Shown here piece by piece: positions 1 to 7,875 of a stretch of 24,000 nucleotides of DNA (position 1 is its first letter; every line of letters starts with the position of its first letter). The notes under the pieces were generated by a model. It was not told the origin of the DNA. It worked only from the letters and a program-made list of their open reading frames with translations, and ran no database searches. This DNA comes from Gammaproteobacteria bacterium (GTDB lineage: Bacteria > Pseudomonadota > Gammaproteobacteria > Pseudomonadales > JADFDG01), in NCBI GenBank assembly GCA_018262975.1, contig JADFDG010000006.1, positions 121,137 through 145,136 on the forward strand, in the 5' to 3' direction. Position numbers and translations under genes: made by a program.

Positions 1-1907
1 AGCGGGCGCATGCCCTTCAGCGTGCGCTCACCGGCCAGCGCGCCTTCCCAGTACGGCGGACGACGGATGTAGGTCGACATCGGGCGCCAGTCGTACTGCG
101 GCTTCTCGCGCGCCGCTGCGGCACCGCGCTGCTCGAACATCGGGATGTACACCTGGCGGAACTGGTCCGGCTTCACGCTGCGGGCCACGATGGCGTCGAT
201 CTCTTCGTCCGACGGCCACAGGTCCTTGAGCATGATCGGCTTGCCGTTCTTGTCGGTGCCGAACGAGTCCTTCTCGATGTCGAACCGCACGGTACCGGCC
301 AGCGCGTAGGCAACCACCAGCGGCGGCGACGCCAGGAACGCCTGCTTGGCGTACGGGTGGATACGGCCGTCGAAGTTGCGGTTGCCGGAAAGCACGGCGG
401 TCGCGTACAGGTCGCGGTCGATGATTTCCTGCTGGATCTTCGGATCCAGTGCACCGGACATGCCGTTGCAGGTGGTGCAGGCAAACGCCACGATGCCGAA
501 GCCCAGCTTCTCCAGGTCCTTCTTCAGGCCCGCTTCTTCCAGGTACAGCGCGACGGTCTTGGAGCCCGGCGCCAGCGAGCTCTTCACCCACGGCTTGCGG
601 GTGAGACCCAGCTCATTCGCCTTCTTCGCCAGCAGGCCGGCGGCGATGACGTTGCGCGGGTTGGAGGTGTTGGTGCAGCTGGTGATGGCGGCGATGATCA
701 CCGCGCCGTCCGGCATCAGGCCTTCGGCTTCCTGCTTGCGCGCGGCTTCCAGGTTGCCGGCGATGCCCTTGGCAGCCAGGTCGGCGGTCGCCAGGCGGGC
801 GTGCGGGTTCGACGGGCCGGCCATGTTGCGCACGACGCTGGACAGGTCGAACTCGAGGCCACGCTCGTACACGGCGCCCTTCAGCGCGTCGGCCCACAGG
901 CCGGCTTCCTTCGCGTAGGTCTCGACCAGCTTGACCTGCTCGTCGCTGCGGCCGGTCAGGCGCAGGTAGTCGAGCGTCTGGCCGTCGATGGCGAACATCG
1001 CGGCGGTGGCGCCGTATTCCGGGGCCATGTTGGAGATGGTCGCGCGGTCACCGATCGACAGCGAGGCGGCGCCTTCGCCGTAGAACTCCAGGTAAGAGCC
1101 GACCACTTTCGACTTGCGCAGGAACTCGGTGAGTGCCAGCACGATGTCGGTGGCGGTGATGCCCGGCTGGCGCTTGCCGGTCAGCTTCACGCCGACGATT
1201 TCCGGCAGGCGCATCCAGGAGGCGCGGCCCAGCATGACGTTCTCGGCCTCGAGGCCGCCCACGCCCACGGCGATCACGCCCAGCGCATCAACGTGCGGGG
1301 TGTGCGAGTCGGTACCGACGCAGGTATCCGGGAACGCGACGCCGTCCTGCACGTAGATCACCGGCGACATCTTCTCCAGGTTGATCTGGTGCATGATGCC
1401 GTTGCCGGCCGGGATCACGTCGACGTTGTCGAAGGCGCGCTTGGTCCATTCGATGAAGTGGAAGCGGTCTTCGTTGCGACGGTCCTCGATCGCGCGGTTC
1501 TTCTCGAACGCCTGCGGATCAAAACCACCGCACTCCACGGCCAGCGAGTGGTCGACGATCAGCTGCACCGGTACTACCGGGTTCACTTTCGCCGGGTCAC
1601 CGCCCTGGTCGGCGATGGCGTCACGCAGGCCGGCGAGATCCACCAGCGCGGTCTGGCCGAGAATGTCGTGGCACACCACGCGCGCCGGGAACCACGGGAA
1701 GTCGCGCTCGCGCTTGACCTCGATGATCTGCTCGAGGCACTCGTTGACGATGGCCGGATCGGCCTTGCGGACGATGTTCTCGGCATGTACGCGGGCCGTG
1801 TACGGGAGCTTGTCCCAGGCGCCCGGCTTGAGCGCATTGACGGCCTCACGCGCATCGAAGTAGTCGAGCGCGGTGCCGGACAGTTTCTTGCGGAATTTGC
1901 TGTTCAT
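1..1907 (-). CDS. acnD: Aconitase-family Fe/S-dependent 2-methylcitrate dehydratase AcnD (N-terminal ~635 codons; C-terminus lies beyond the left window edge)
   Basis: Absent from the ORF track because it has no stop inside the window. Manual minus-strand translation from ATG 1907-1905 gives MNSKFRKKLSGTALDYFDAREAVNALKPGAWDKLPYTARVHAENIV... and stays open to position 3. Aconitase signatures read directly: LIVDHSLAVE, CVGTDSHTPHVD, AAITSCTNTSNPRNV, FACTTCNGMSG. It lies immediately downstream of prpC, as in prpB-prpC-acnD operons. Confidence 0.9.
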   Translation of the reverse strand, partial: MNSKFRKKLSGTALDYFDAREAVNALKPGAWDKLPYTARVHAENIVRKADPAIVNECLEQIIEVKRERDFPWFPARVVCHDILGQTALVDLAGLRDAIADQGGDPAKVNPVVPVQLIVDHSLAVECGGFDPQAFEKNRAIEDRRNEDRFHFIEWTKRAFDNVDVIPAGNGIMHQINLEKMSPVIYVQDGVAFPDTCVGTDSHTPHVDALGVIAVGVGGLEAENVMLGRASWMRLPEIVGVKLTGKRQPGITATDIVLALTEFLRKSKVVGSYLEFYGEGAASLSIGDRATISNMAPEYGATAAMFAIDGQTLDYLRLTGRSDEQVKLVETYAKEAGLWADALKGAVYERGLEFDLSSVVRNMAGPSNPHARLATADLAAKGIAGNLEAARKQEAEGLMPDGAVIIAAITSCTNTSNPRNVIAAGLLAKKANELGLTRKPWVKSSLAPGSKTVALYLEEAGLKKDLEKLGFGIVAFACTTCNGMSGALDPKIQQEIIDRDLYATAVLSGNRNFDGRIHPYAKQAFLASPPLVVAYALAGTVRFDIEKDSFGTDKNGKPIMLKDLWPSDEEIDAIVARSVKPDQFRQVYIPMFEQRGAAAAREKPQYDWRPMSTYIRRPPYWEGALAGERTLKGMRP

Positions 1908-1926
1908 GATGCGTATCGACCCTTGA

Positions 1927-3084
1927 TTACTTGCGATCCTTGAGGGCGACGAACTTCTGGTCTTCCGGACCGGTGTAGTTCGCGCTCGGGCGGATGATCT
2001 TGCCGTCGATGCGCTGCTCGATCACGTGCGCGCTCCAGCCGGAGGTGCGGGCGATGACGAAGAGCGGAGTGAACATCGCGGTCGGAACGCCCATCATGTG
2101 GTAGCTGACGGCGCTGAACCAGTCGAGGTTCGGAAACATCTTCTTGATTTCCCACATGACCGACTCAAGGCGCTCGGCGATGTCGTACATCTTGGTGTTC
2201 TTCTCTTCCAGCGACAGCTGGCGAGCGACTTCCTTGATGACCTTGTTGCGCGGGTCGGCAACCGTGTAGACCGGGTGGCCGAAGCCGATCACGACTTCCT
2301 TGCGGCCCACGCGCTCGCGGATGTCCGCTTCTGCTTCGTTCGGGTTGTCGTAGCGCTTCTGGATCTCGAAGGCCACTTCGTTGGCGCCGCCGTGTTTCGG
2401 GCCACGCAGCGCGCCGATGGCGCCGGTGATGGCCGAGAACATGTCGGAGCCGGTGCCGGCGATGACGCGCGAGGTGAAGGTGGAGGCGTTGAACTCGTGC
2501 TCGGCGTACAGGATCAGCGAGGTGTGCATGGCGCGCACCCAGCTGTCACGCGGCTTTTCGCCGTGCAGCAGGTGCAGGAAGTGGCCACCGATCGAGTCGT
2601 CGTCGGTCTCGACGTCGATGCGCTTGCCGTTGTGGCTGAAGTGGTACCAGTACAGCAGCATCGAACCCAGCGATGCCATCAGCTTGTCGGCGATGTCACG
2701 CGCGCCCGGGTGGTTGTGGTCGTCCTTCTCCGGCGACAGGCAGCCCAGCACGGAAACGCCGGTGCGCATGACGTCCATCGGGTGGGCCGACGGCGCCAGC
2801 TGCTCGAGGGCGGCCTTGACGCCGGCCGGGATGCCGCGCAGCGACTTCAGCTTGGCCTTGTAGCCAGCCAGCTCGGCAACGGTCGGCAGCTTGCCGTGCA
2901 CCAGCAGGTGGGCAATTTCCTCGAACTCGCAGGTGGTGGCGACATCGAGGATGTCGTAGCCGCGGTAGTGCAGGTCGTTGCCGCTGCGGCCGACGGTGCA
3001 CAGCGCGGTGTTGCCGGCGGCGGTGCCGGACAGGGCAACGGATTTCTTCGGCTTCGGCAGGTTGGTTTGCTGGGTATCGCTCAT
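1927..3084 (-). CDS. prpC: 2-methylcitrate synthase
   Basis: Track ORF 1927..3102 starts at a TTG. Trimmed to ATG 3084, which is preceded by AAGGAGAG-AAAA (complement of 3085-3096). Citrate-synthase family motifs: [21 protein letters not shown]. It is flanked by prpB and acnD. Confidence 0.93.
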   Translation of the reverse strand: MSDTQQTNLPKPKKSVALSGTAAGNTALCTVGRSGNDLHYRGYDILDVATTCEFEEIAHLLVHGKLPTVAELAGYKAKLKSLRGIPAGVKAALEQLAPSAHPMDVMRTGVSVLGCLSPEKDDHNHPGARDIADKLMASLGSMLLYWYHFSHNGKRIDVETDDDSIGGHFLHLLHGEKPRDSWVRAMHTSLILYAEHEFNASTFTSRVIAGTGSDMFSAITGAIGALRGPKHGGANEVAFEIQKRYDNPNEAEADIRERVGRKEVVIGFGHPVYTVADPRNKVIKEVARQLSLEEKNTKMYDIAERLESVMWEIKKMFPNLDWFSAVSYHMMGVPTAMFTPLFVIARTSGWSAHVIEQRIDGKIIRPSANYTGPEDQKFVALKDRK

Positions 3085-3106
3085 TTTTCTCTCCTTAAAC
3101 AATTCT

Positions 3107-3213
3107 GTAGAGAGGGGGCCATGCCCCCGACGCTCTTCGCTCTTCGTAGAGAAGGGGCCATGCCCCCGATACTCCTGAAGGGCAAAAGCGTCGGGGGCAT
3201 GGCCCCTCTCTAC
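3107..3213. repeat. REP cluster A: three GTAG-type REP units between prpC and prpB
   Basis: Units are 3107-3130 (GTAGAGAGGGGGCCATGCCCCCGA), 3146-3169 (GTAGAGAAGGGGCCATGCCCCCGA) and, inverted, 3191-3213 (TCGGGGGCATGGCCCCTCTCTAC). Each has a GGGGGC/GCCCCC 6-bp stem around a CAT/ATG loop. Two GCTCTTC heptamers (3132-3145) precede unit 2. Confidence 0.9.
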
Positions 3214-3225
3214 ATGGGGATGGGG

Positions 3226-4110
3226 TTACTTTTTCTTGCTGAACAGCTGGTCGATCTTGTCTTCGTACGAGTGGTAGTTCAGGAACTCGTACAGTTCCTT
3301 GCGCTTCTGCATCAGGTCGAGGACGTTGACCTGGGTGCCTTCCTTGCGCACGGCCTCATAGACGGCCAGCGCGGCCTTCTGCATGGCACGGGTGCCCGAC
3401 AGCGGGTACAGCACCATGGCGATGCCCTGCTCGCCCAGTTCCTTCGTGGTGTAGTACGGCGTGTCGCCGAACTCGGTGATGTTGGCCAGCACCGGCACCT
3501 TCACGGCGTCGCACACCTTGCGGTACATGGTGATGTCGGTCATGGCTTCGGCGAAGATCGCGTCGGCGCCAGCTTCCACGTAGGCGCTGATGCGATCGAC
3601 CACGCCATTCAGGCCTTCCTTCTGCAGCGAGTCGGTGCGGGCCATGACCACGAAATCAGCGTCGGTCTTGGCGTCAACGGCCGCCTTCACGCGGTCGACC
3701 ATCTCGTCAACGGAGACGATTTCCTTGTTCGGACGGTGGCCGCAGCGCTTCTGGGCGACCTGGTCCTCGATGTGCACCGCAGCGGCGCCGGCCTTGATCA
3801 TTTCCTTGATCGTGCGCGCGATGTTGAAGGCGCCGCCCCAACCGGTGTCGATGTCCACCAGCAGCGGGGTGTCGACAGAGGCCGTCACGCGACGCACGTC
3901 GGTCAGCACGTCCTCCAGCGAGGTGATGCCGAGGTCCGGCAGGCCGTAGGAATAGTTGGCGACGCCAGCGCCGGAGAGGTAGATGGCGCGGTAGCCGACC
4001 TTGGTGGCCATCATCGCCGCATAGGCGTTGACAGTGCCCATCACCTGCAACGGCTTCTCCTCGCGGATCGCCTGGCGGAAACGGCCGCCGGCGGTGAGTT
4101 TCTGCGTCAT
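3226..4110 (-). CDS. prpB: 2-methylisocitrate lyase
   Basis: Track ORF 3226..4227 begins inside REP units. Trimmed to ATG 4110 ([32 protein letters not shown]...), preceded by AAGGAGAG-AATAC (complement of 4111-4123). Isocitrate-lyase/PEP-mutase family signature: [13 protein letters not shown]. Confidence 0.93.
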   Translation of the reverse strand: MTQKLTAGGRFRQAIREEKPLQVMGTVNAYAAMMATKVGYRAIYLSGAGVANYSYGLPDLGITSLEDVLTDVRRVTASVDTPLLVDIDTGWGGAFNIARTIKEMIKAGAAAVHIEDQVAQKRCGHRPNKEIVSVDEMVDRVKAAVDAKTDADFVVMARTDSLQKEGLNGVVDRISAYVEAGADAIFAEAMTDITMYRKVCDAVKVPVLANITEFGDTPYYTTKELGEQGIAMVLYPLSGTRAMQKAALAVYEAVRKEGTQVNVLDLMQKRKELYEFLNYHSYEDKIDQLFSKKK

Positions 4111-4150
4111 GTATTCTCTCCTTCTGCGTTGGTGTTGCTTTAGTTTCTTC

Positions 4151-4171
4151 GCTCTTCGCTCTTCGCTCTTC
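4151..4171. repeat. Heptanucleotide tandem repeat (GCTCTTC)x3 abutting the GTAG end of a REP unit
   Basis: Copies at 4151-4157, 4158-4164 and 4165-4171 are identical. The same heptamer occurs x2 at 3132-3145, and x1 (as GAAGAGC) next to REP units at 17990-17996 and 21553-21559. Confidence 0.85.
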
Positions 4172-4241
4172 GTAGAGAGGGGGCCATGCCCCCTATCTCC
4201 CCGATGATTCAAAGAGCTCGGGGGCATGGCCCCCTCTCTAC
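4172..4241. repeat. REP cluster B: inverted pair of REP units between the GntR regulator gene and prpB
   Basis: 4172-4195 is GTAGAGAGGGGGCCATGCCCCCTA. 4218-4241 is TCGGGGGCATGGCCCCCTCTCTAC (inverted). Together they can form a long composite hairpin. Unit 2 overlaps the regulator's stop codon. Confidence 0.9.
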
Positions 4242-4951
4242 ATTGGCGTTTGTTCGTGTTCGTTCAGGTGGCGTTCGATGTTCTGGCGGGCGGAACTGAC
4301 GTGGCGGCGCATCAGCATCTCGGCCAGGTCGCCGTCGCGCGCCTCGATGGCTTCGACGATGCGCAGGTGCTCGCCGAAGGCCTTCTGCGGGCGGTTGGCG
4401 TAGGCGCTGAACTGCTGGCGGTACATGCGCACCAGGTGGTACAGCTCGCCGATCAACAGGTCGGTGAGCGCCCGGTTGTGCGAGCCCTTGATGATCCGGT
4501 AGTGGAAGTCGAGGTCGCCTTCCTGCTGGAAGTAGGCAGTGTCGGCCTGCAGCGCCTCGTCGCGCTCGTGCTCGGCGAGCAGGGCCCGCAGACCGGCGAC
4601 CTCCTCCGGCGTCATGTGCATGGCCGCCAGGCGTGCCGCCATGCCCTCGAGGGCTTCGCGGACGTAATAGATCTCGATGAGCGCCTCGTGGGTCAACGAG
4701 GCGATGCGGATGCCGACGTGGGGGGTGCGTTCGACCAGCTTGCGGGATTCGAGCCGGCGGAGGGCCTCCCGCAGGGGACCCCGGCTGGTGCCGAAGCGCT
4801 CGGCCAGTTCGGTCTCCCCTACCCTTGAGCCCGCCGGAATGTCGCCACGGATAATGGCCGACTGCAGGGCCTCGAAGACCCGGTCGGCCGCCGTGCGTGC
4901 GGTGCTCTCGTCAGGATCGAACTGGGTGGTCACTGGCTGGATTGTCGACAA
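4238..4951 (-). CDS. GntR/FadR-family (FCD-type) transcriptional regulator of the prp operon (PA0797/PmiR-like position)
   Basis: Track ORF of 237 aa. Winged-HTH region: [34 protein letters not shown]. All-helical C-terminal ligand domain. It sits directly upstream of and co-directional with prpB. The start is uncertain: the track start is a TTG (4951) lying inside a 12-bp palindrome with no SD, and GTG 4933 is an alternative. Confidence 0.85.
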   Translation of the reverse strand: MSTIQPVTTQFDPDESTARTAADRVFEALQSAIIRGDIPAGSRVGETELAERFGTSRGPLREALRRLESRKLVERTPHVGIRIASLTHEALIEIYYVREALEGMAARLAAMHMTPEEVAGLRALLAEHERDEALQADTAYFQQEGDLDFHYRIIKGSHNRALTDLLIGELYHLVRMYRQQFSAYANRPQKAFGEHLRIVEAIEARDGDLAEMLMRRHVSSARQNIERHLNEHEQTPM

Positions 4952-4952
4952 T
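4941..4952. promoter_or_regulatory. Candidate GntR-type operator O2: perfect palindrome ATTGTCGACAAT
   Basis: Perfect 12-bp palindrome. It fits the FadR/GntR-subfamily operator shape TNGT-N(0-3)-ACNA. It overlaps the nominal TTG start of the regulator gene. Confidence 0.4.
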
Positions 4953-4970
4953 GGCCCGGGACGGGGCGCA

Positions 4971-4999
4971 ACCTTACCGGTGACCTGCGCTCAGGTCAA
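4971..4999 (-). promoter_or_regulatory. Candidate sigma70 promoter of the regulator/prp operon
   Basis: The minus strand reads TTGACC (4999-4994), a 17-nt spacer, then TAAGGT (4976-4971). The -35 lies in one arm of the inverted repeat TGACCTG-CGCT-CAGGTCA (4981-4998). The promoter is bracketed by the two ATTGT..ACAAT palindromes. Confidence 0.35.
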
Positions 5000-5003
5000 G
5001 GGC

Positions 5004-5015
5004 ATTGTCTACAAT
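5004..5015. promoter_or_regulatory. Candidate GntR-type operator O1: ATTGTCTACAAT
   Basis: The 5-bp arms ATTGT/ACAAT are the same as in O2, around a 2-nt centre. It lies 4 nt upstream of the -35-like TTGACC. Centre-to-centre distance to O2 is 63 bp. Confidence 0.4.
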
Positions 5016-5032
5016 CCTGCGGCCGTAAACAG

Positions 5033-6835
5033 CTAGATAGGACTGCACACCGAGGCATTGTCCACGGTCACCTGCCCGTAATAGGTGGGCACACGCCGGG
5101 CAGCATCCGCCGCCGCATCGACCAGGTCGTTCTCGACGATGTTCTTCAAGACGCTACCCAGGTAGGCCTCGTCGTCGAACCACTCAACCCGGTAGGGACA
5201 GGGGTCATCTTCCGGCCGGCAACTCTTGCTACGCAACTCGCCACGAGCAACGTCGTACACCACCGAACCCAGCGCGTCGCGGCCCAACGCCGGCGTCCCC
5301 AGCAGCAGGCCATAATCCGGGTGAGCCGGCTCGTAGATGGCCAGGCGCAGCGTCATGTAGGGGGTTTCCGCGCCCTCGGCGCCATCGAGGAATACGTTAC
5401 CAACCTGCCCGATATAGAACTCCGGCGTACCATCACCGTCGCGCAACTCACCACCCACCACCTGCACGTCTGAGCAGTCGAAGTCGACGTCACTGACAAT
5501 GTCCCCGGACGCCAGCATGCGGAAGAACATCGGTCGCGGCGTTTGCGCAGCCAGATAGGTCGAACTGGTGCGCTGCGTGTCGGTCACGAGATCTCCATCG
5601 GGATAACCCTTGTAGATCACGCCCACCGTCCGCGGCAGGAAACCGGACGGCAACAGCGACAGGTCGATGTCCGGCGTATTGAGATCGCGGGGTGCCAGGT
5701 AGGCATCACCCGAGAACTCGTTGCCGTTGAAGGTGAACATGCCCACGTGATCCGAATCGATCACGTATGTCGGGGGTACCCGGGAATTGTTGTCCGGATA
5801 CAGGTCCAGCAAGTTGCCGAACAACCAGTCGTTGACCAGATTGCCCGACACCATCAACTGGTCTCCGCCGTTCAGGTCGAAGCGCAAACCGCTGGTGGCC
5901 ACGACGCCATGCTGCAGCGCGCCAGCCGCCGTGATGGCACTGTAATCAGCCAGCGTGCCGACGTTCACGATCTTGGTCGCCGGATCCGTCGACTGGTCGA
6001 TGATGGTGTAAACCGCCAGACCGGCCAGATGCCCGGTGCGGGACATGGCCATGCTCGTGGCACCACTGAACAACCGGGTCTGGGTAAGGTCGGAGTCGAT
6101 CATCGACGTAGCGGTCCGATAGATACCAGAACGCGCCCGCAGCAACGAAGCATCGGTCAACTCCGCTGCCGCCAGCACATCCAGTACGGTGCCACCGCGA
6201 CGCAGTTGCTGGCCAACAGGTAACTCGATCTCCTCTACCACGGCCTCGAGTTCAAAGGCGAAGACCGAGGGCGAGTCGTCCAGCGACAACAGGTTTGCAT
6301 ACGCTGCGAACGCCAGGTCCACCTCGTCGCTGATCACCAGGACGTCACGCCCCCCGGAAGGCGGTGCCTCCAGCGAAATCAGCAAATTGAAGGTGTTGGT
6401 CGTCCGTTTGTCCGTGCTGTCCACGGTCGTGCCATTGAGGGTTCCGGGTGTCACCGTGACGTAGTTACGCGAGTCCTCCAGCGAACCATCTGTGCCAAAG
6501 ATCGACAGATCCACTTCACCCAATTTCAGTTCGCCCGGATAGCCCACGTAGAACGACACCGTGGTGCCGCGCGGGCAAACAAACCGGCCGTCGCCATCGG
6601 TTTCACCGGAAATTGGCAGTTGTCCGGTTTCCGAGCACAAGTACGACAGGCCAGCCACGGGCCGGTCAAGGTAGAAGTAGCCCGCGATATTGGTGTCGTC
6701 ATCGGGGTCCAGGTCGTTGCCCCCGCCGTCGTTCACCGGCGCGCCGGAGATGCGCTCCTCGGGGGCAATATCACACCCGGCCAGTCCCGCCGAAAGCAGC
6801 ACAGCCACCAGCAGCGGCACTACACGAAACTTCAT
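5033..6835 (-). CDS. Large lipoprotein, function unknown (last gene of the locus; FilF-like position and size)
   Basis: Track ORF 5033..6943 trimmed to ATG 6835, with GAGG 6 nt upstream. Lipoprotein signal: MKFRVVPLLVAVLLSAGLAG|C. ~600 aa, acidic, with several Cys pairs (YLCSE/FVCPRG, FDCSD, SKSC..DPCPY, VCSPI). It starts 8 nt after the upstream gene's stop. I recognise no catalytic motif. Confidence 0.8.
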   Translation of the reverse strand: MKFRVVPLLVAVLLSAGLAGCDIAPEERISGAPVNDGGGNDLDPDDDTNIAGYFYLDRPVAGLSYLCSETGQLPISGETDGDGRFVCPRGTTVSFYVGYPGELKLGEVDLSIFGTDGSLEDSRNYVTVTPGTLNGTTVDSTDKRTTNTFNLLISLEAPPSGGRDVLVISDEVDLAFAAYANLLSLDDSPSVFAFELEAVVEEIELPVGQQLRRGGTVLDVLAAAELTDASLLRARSGIYRTATSMIDSDLTQTRLFSGATSMAMSRTGHLAGLAVYTIIDQSTDPATKIVNVGTLADYSAITAAGALQHGVVATSGLRFDLNGGDQLMVSGNLVNDWLFGNLLDLYPDNNSRVPPTYVIDSDHVGMFTFNGNEFSGDAYLAPRDLNTPDIDLSLLPSGFLPRTVGVIYKGYPDGDLVTDTQRTSSTYLAAQTPRPMFFRMLASGDIVSDVDFDCSDVQVVGGELRDGDGTPEFYIGQVGNVFLDGAEGAETPYMTLRLAIYEPAHPDYGLLLGTPALGRDALGSVVYDVARGELRSKSCRPEDDPCPYRVEWFDDEAYLGSVLKNIVENDLVDAAADAARRVPTYYGQVTVDNASVCSPI

Positions 6836-6843
6836 TTCTGGCC

Positions 6844-7761
6844 TCATTTCGCCTGCAGGAATTCCAATGTGACATGGCCGCCCACCGCACTGCCGGACGG
6901 CTGGCCGGGACGACAGGCAGCAGGCAACGACTTGCGCGCCCACTCGCCCTCCACCACGACCACGCCGGCATCGCGCCCGAGCACCGGGGGAACAGCAATC
7001 TCCGTACTCACCCTAGCGTAGGCGAACAAGGTCTCGGGTATGGATTCGGTCGCAATGTTGTAAACAACGGACATCACGTGCCCGGCGCCGTCGAGCAGGG
7101 CCACTACCACGTCCGGCGGAGGCCCGCGCCGCCCCAGGGCCTGGACTCTCAGGCGTACCGTACCCACCGGCAAGGGCAAACGGTAACCGGCATAGCGCCG
7201 CGATTCCTGGAGGGACTCGCCCAGCACCGGGAATGCCAGTTCCTCGCGCCGCTGCGCCCCGCCTCGAGCCAGCAGGTGCCCCAGCGACACACCGCCCGGG
7301 CAAGCCAGCAGCCTGGCCGAAACCTGCCTGGCAGGCGCTGCTGGCACCCCGGCACTGGCGATTCCACTGTCACCCATCCCCAGTTCCGAGGCAGTGACCA
7401 CCCCTACCCCACCATCGGCACGCGGGATGGTATAGAAGCGCTCGCGATTGCGCTGTTCGACCGACTGCTCGAACGCGTCGACATCAGTGAATTGCTCGCC
7501 GCCAAAAACAGTCTGGGTGGGTGGGGAATCGGGGGTTGGAGACGTGGCCCCCTCACCGGGAGAAGTGGCCGGAGCAGAAGACGTTGCGGGCATGGCACCG
7601 TCGCCGCGCGCCGCGGGGACAGGGACGTCGAGAACCATGCGATTGCCGGCGGCATCGACGAAGACGACGGTGCCCGCCTCGCCCTGCCCGGCACCCGGCG
7701 ATTGGCAGCCGGGCAGGAACAAGGGCAGCAAAAGGATCGTGGCAAGGATACGCAGGTTCAC
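6844..7761 (-). CDS. Lipoprotein with Pro/Ser/Thr-rich linker, function unknown (FilE-like position)
   Basis: Track ORF 6844..7857 starts inside REP units. The best start is GTG 7761: (M)NLRILATILLLPLFLPG|C, with a lipobox. The alternative is ATG 7788, inside the loop of a REP unit (MAPSLQNRAVNLRIL...). Linker: SSAPATSPGEGATSPTPDSPPTQ. No clear SD. Confidence 0.7.
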   Translation of the reverse strand: MNLRILATILLLPLFLPGCQSPGAGQGEAGTVVFVDAAGNRMVLDVPVPAARGDGAMPATSSAPATSPGEGATSPTPDSPPTQTVFGGEQFTDVDAFEQSVEQRNRERFYTIPRADGGVGVVTASELGMGDSGIASAGVPAAPARQVSARLLACPGGVSLGHLLARGGAQRREELAFPVLGESLQESRRYAGYRLPLPVGTVRLRVQALGRRGPPPDVVVALLDGAGHVMSVVYNIATESIPETLFAYARVSTEIAVPPVLGRDAGVVVVEGEWARKSLPAACRPGQPSGSAVGGHVTLEFLQAK

Positions 7762-7772
7762 GGCGCGGTTCT

Positions 7773-7871
7773 GCAGAGAGGGGGCCATGCCCCCGATGCT
7801 GTTCGTAGAGAGGGGGCCATGCCCCCGATTTGAATGGCGAAAGAGCATCGGGGGCATGGCCCCCTCTCTAC
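7773..7871. repeat. REP cluster C: three REP units inside the locus, between the FadL-like gene and the next lipoprotein gene
   Basis: Units are 7773-7796 (GCAG variant: GCAGAGAGGGGGCCATGCCCCCGA), 7805-7828 (GTAGAGAGGGGGCCATGCCCCCGA) and, inverted, 7848-7871 (TCGGGGGCATGGCCCCCTCTCTAC). They fill most of the 114-nt gap 7762-7875. Confidence 0.9.
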
Positions 7872-7875
7872 AGAG

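Noticed and set aside
28-1943. Track ORFs 28..591(-), 173..484(-), 346..918(+), 357..1943(+, 528 aa), 613..897(-), 1114..1356(+), 1381..1863(+), 1583..1855(-)
   Set aside because: All overlap the manually translated acnD frame, which has unmistakable aconitase motifs. Their translations are Arg/Ala/Gly/Pro-rich low-information strings, typical of off-frame or antisense shadow ORFs in GC-rich DNA.
2026-4143. 705-aa plus-strand ORF spanning prpC, REP cluster A and prpB
   Set aside because: It is antisense to two strongly supported genes and reads straight through three REP units (..[20 protein letters not shown]..). It has no SD and no recognisable motif, so it is a shadow ORF.
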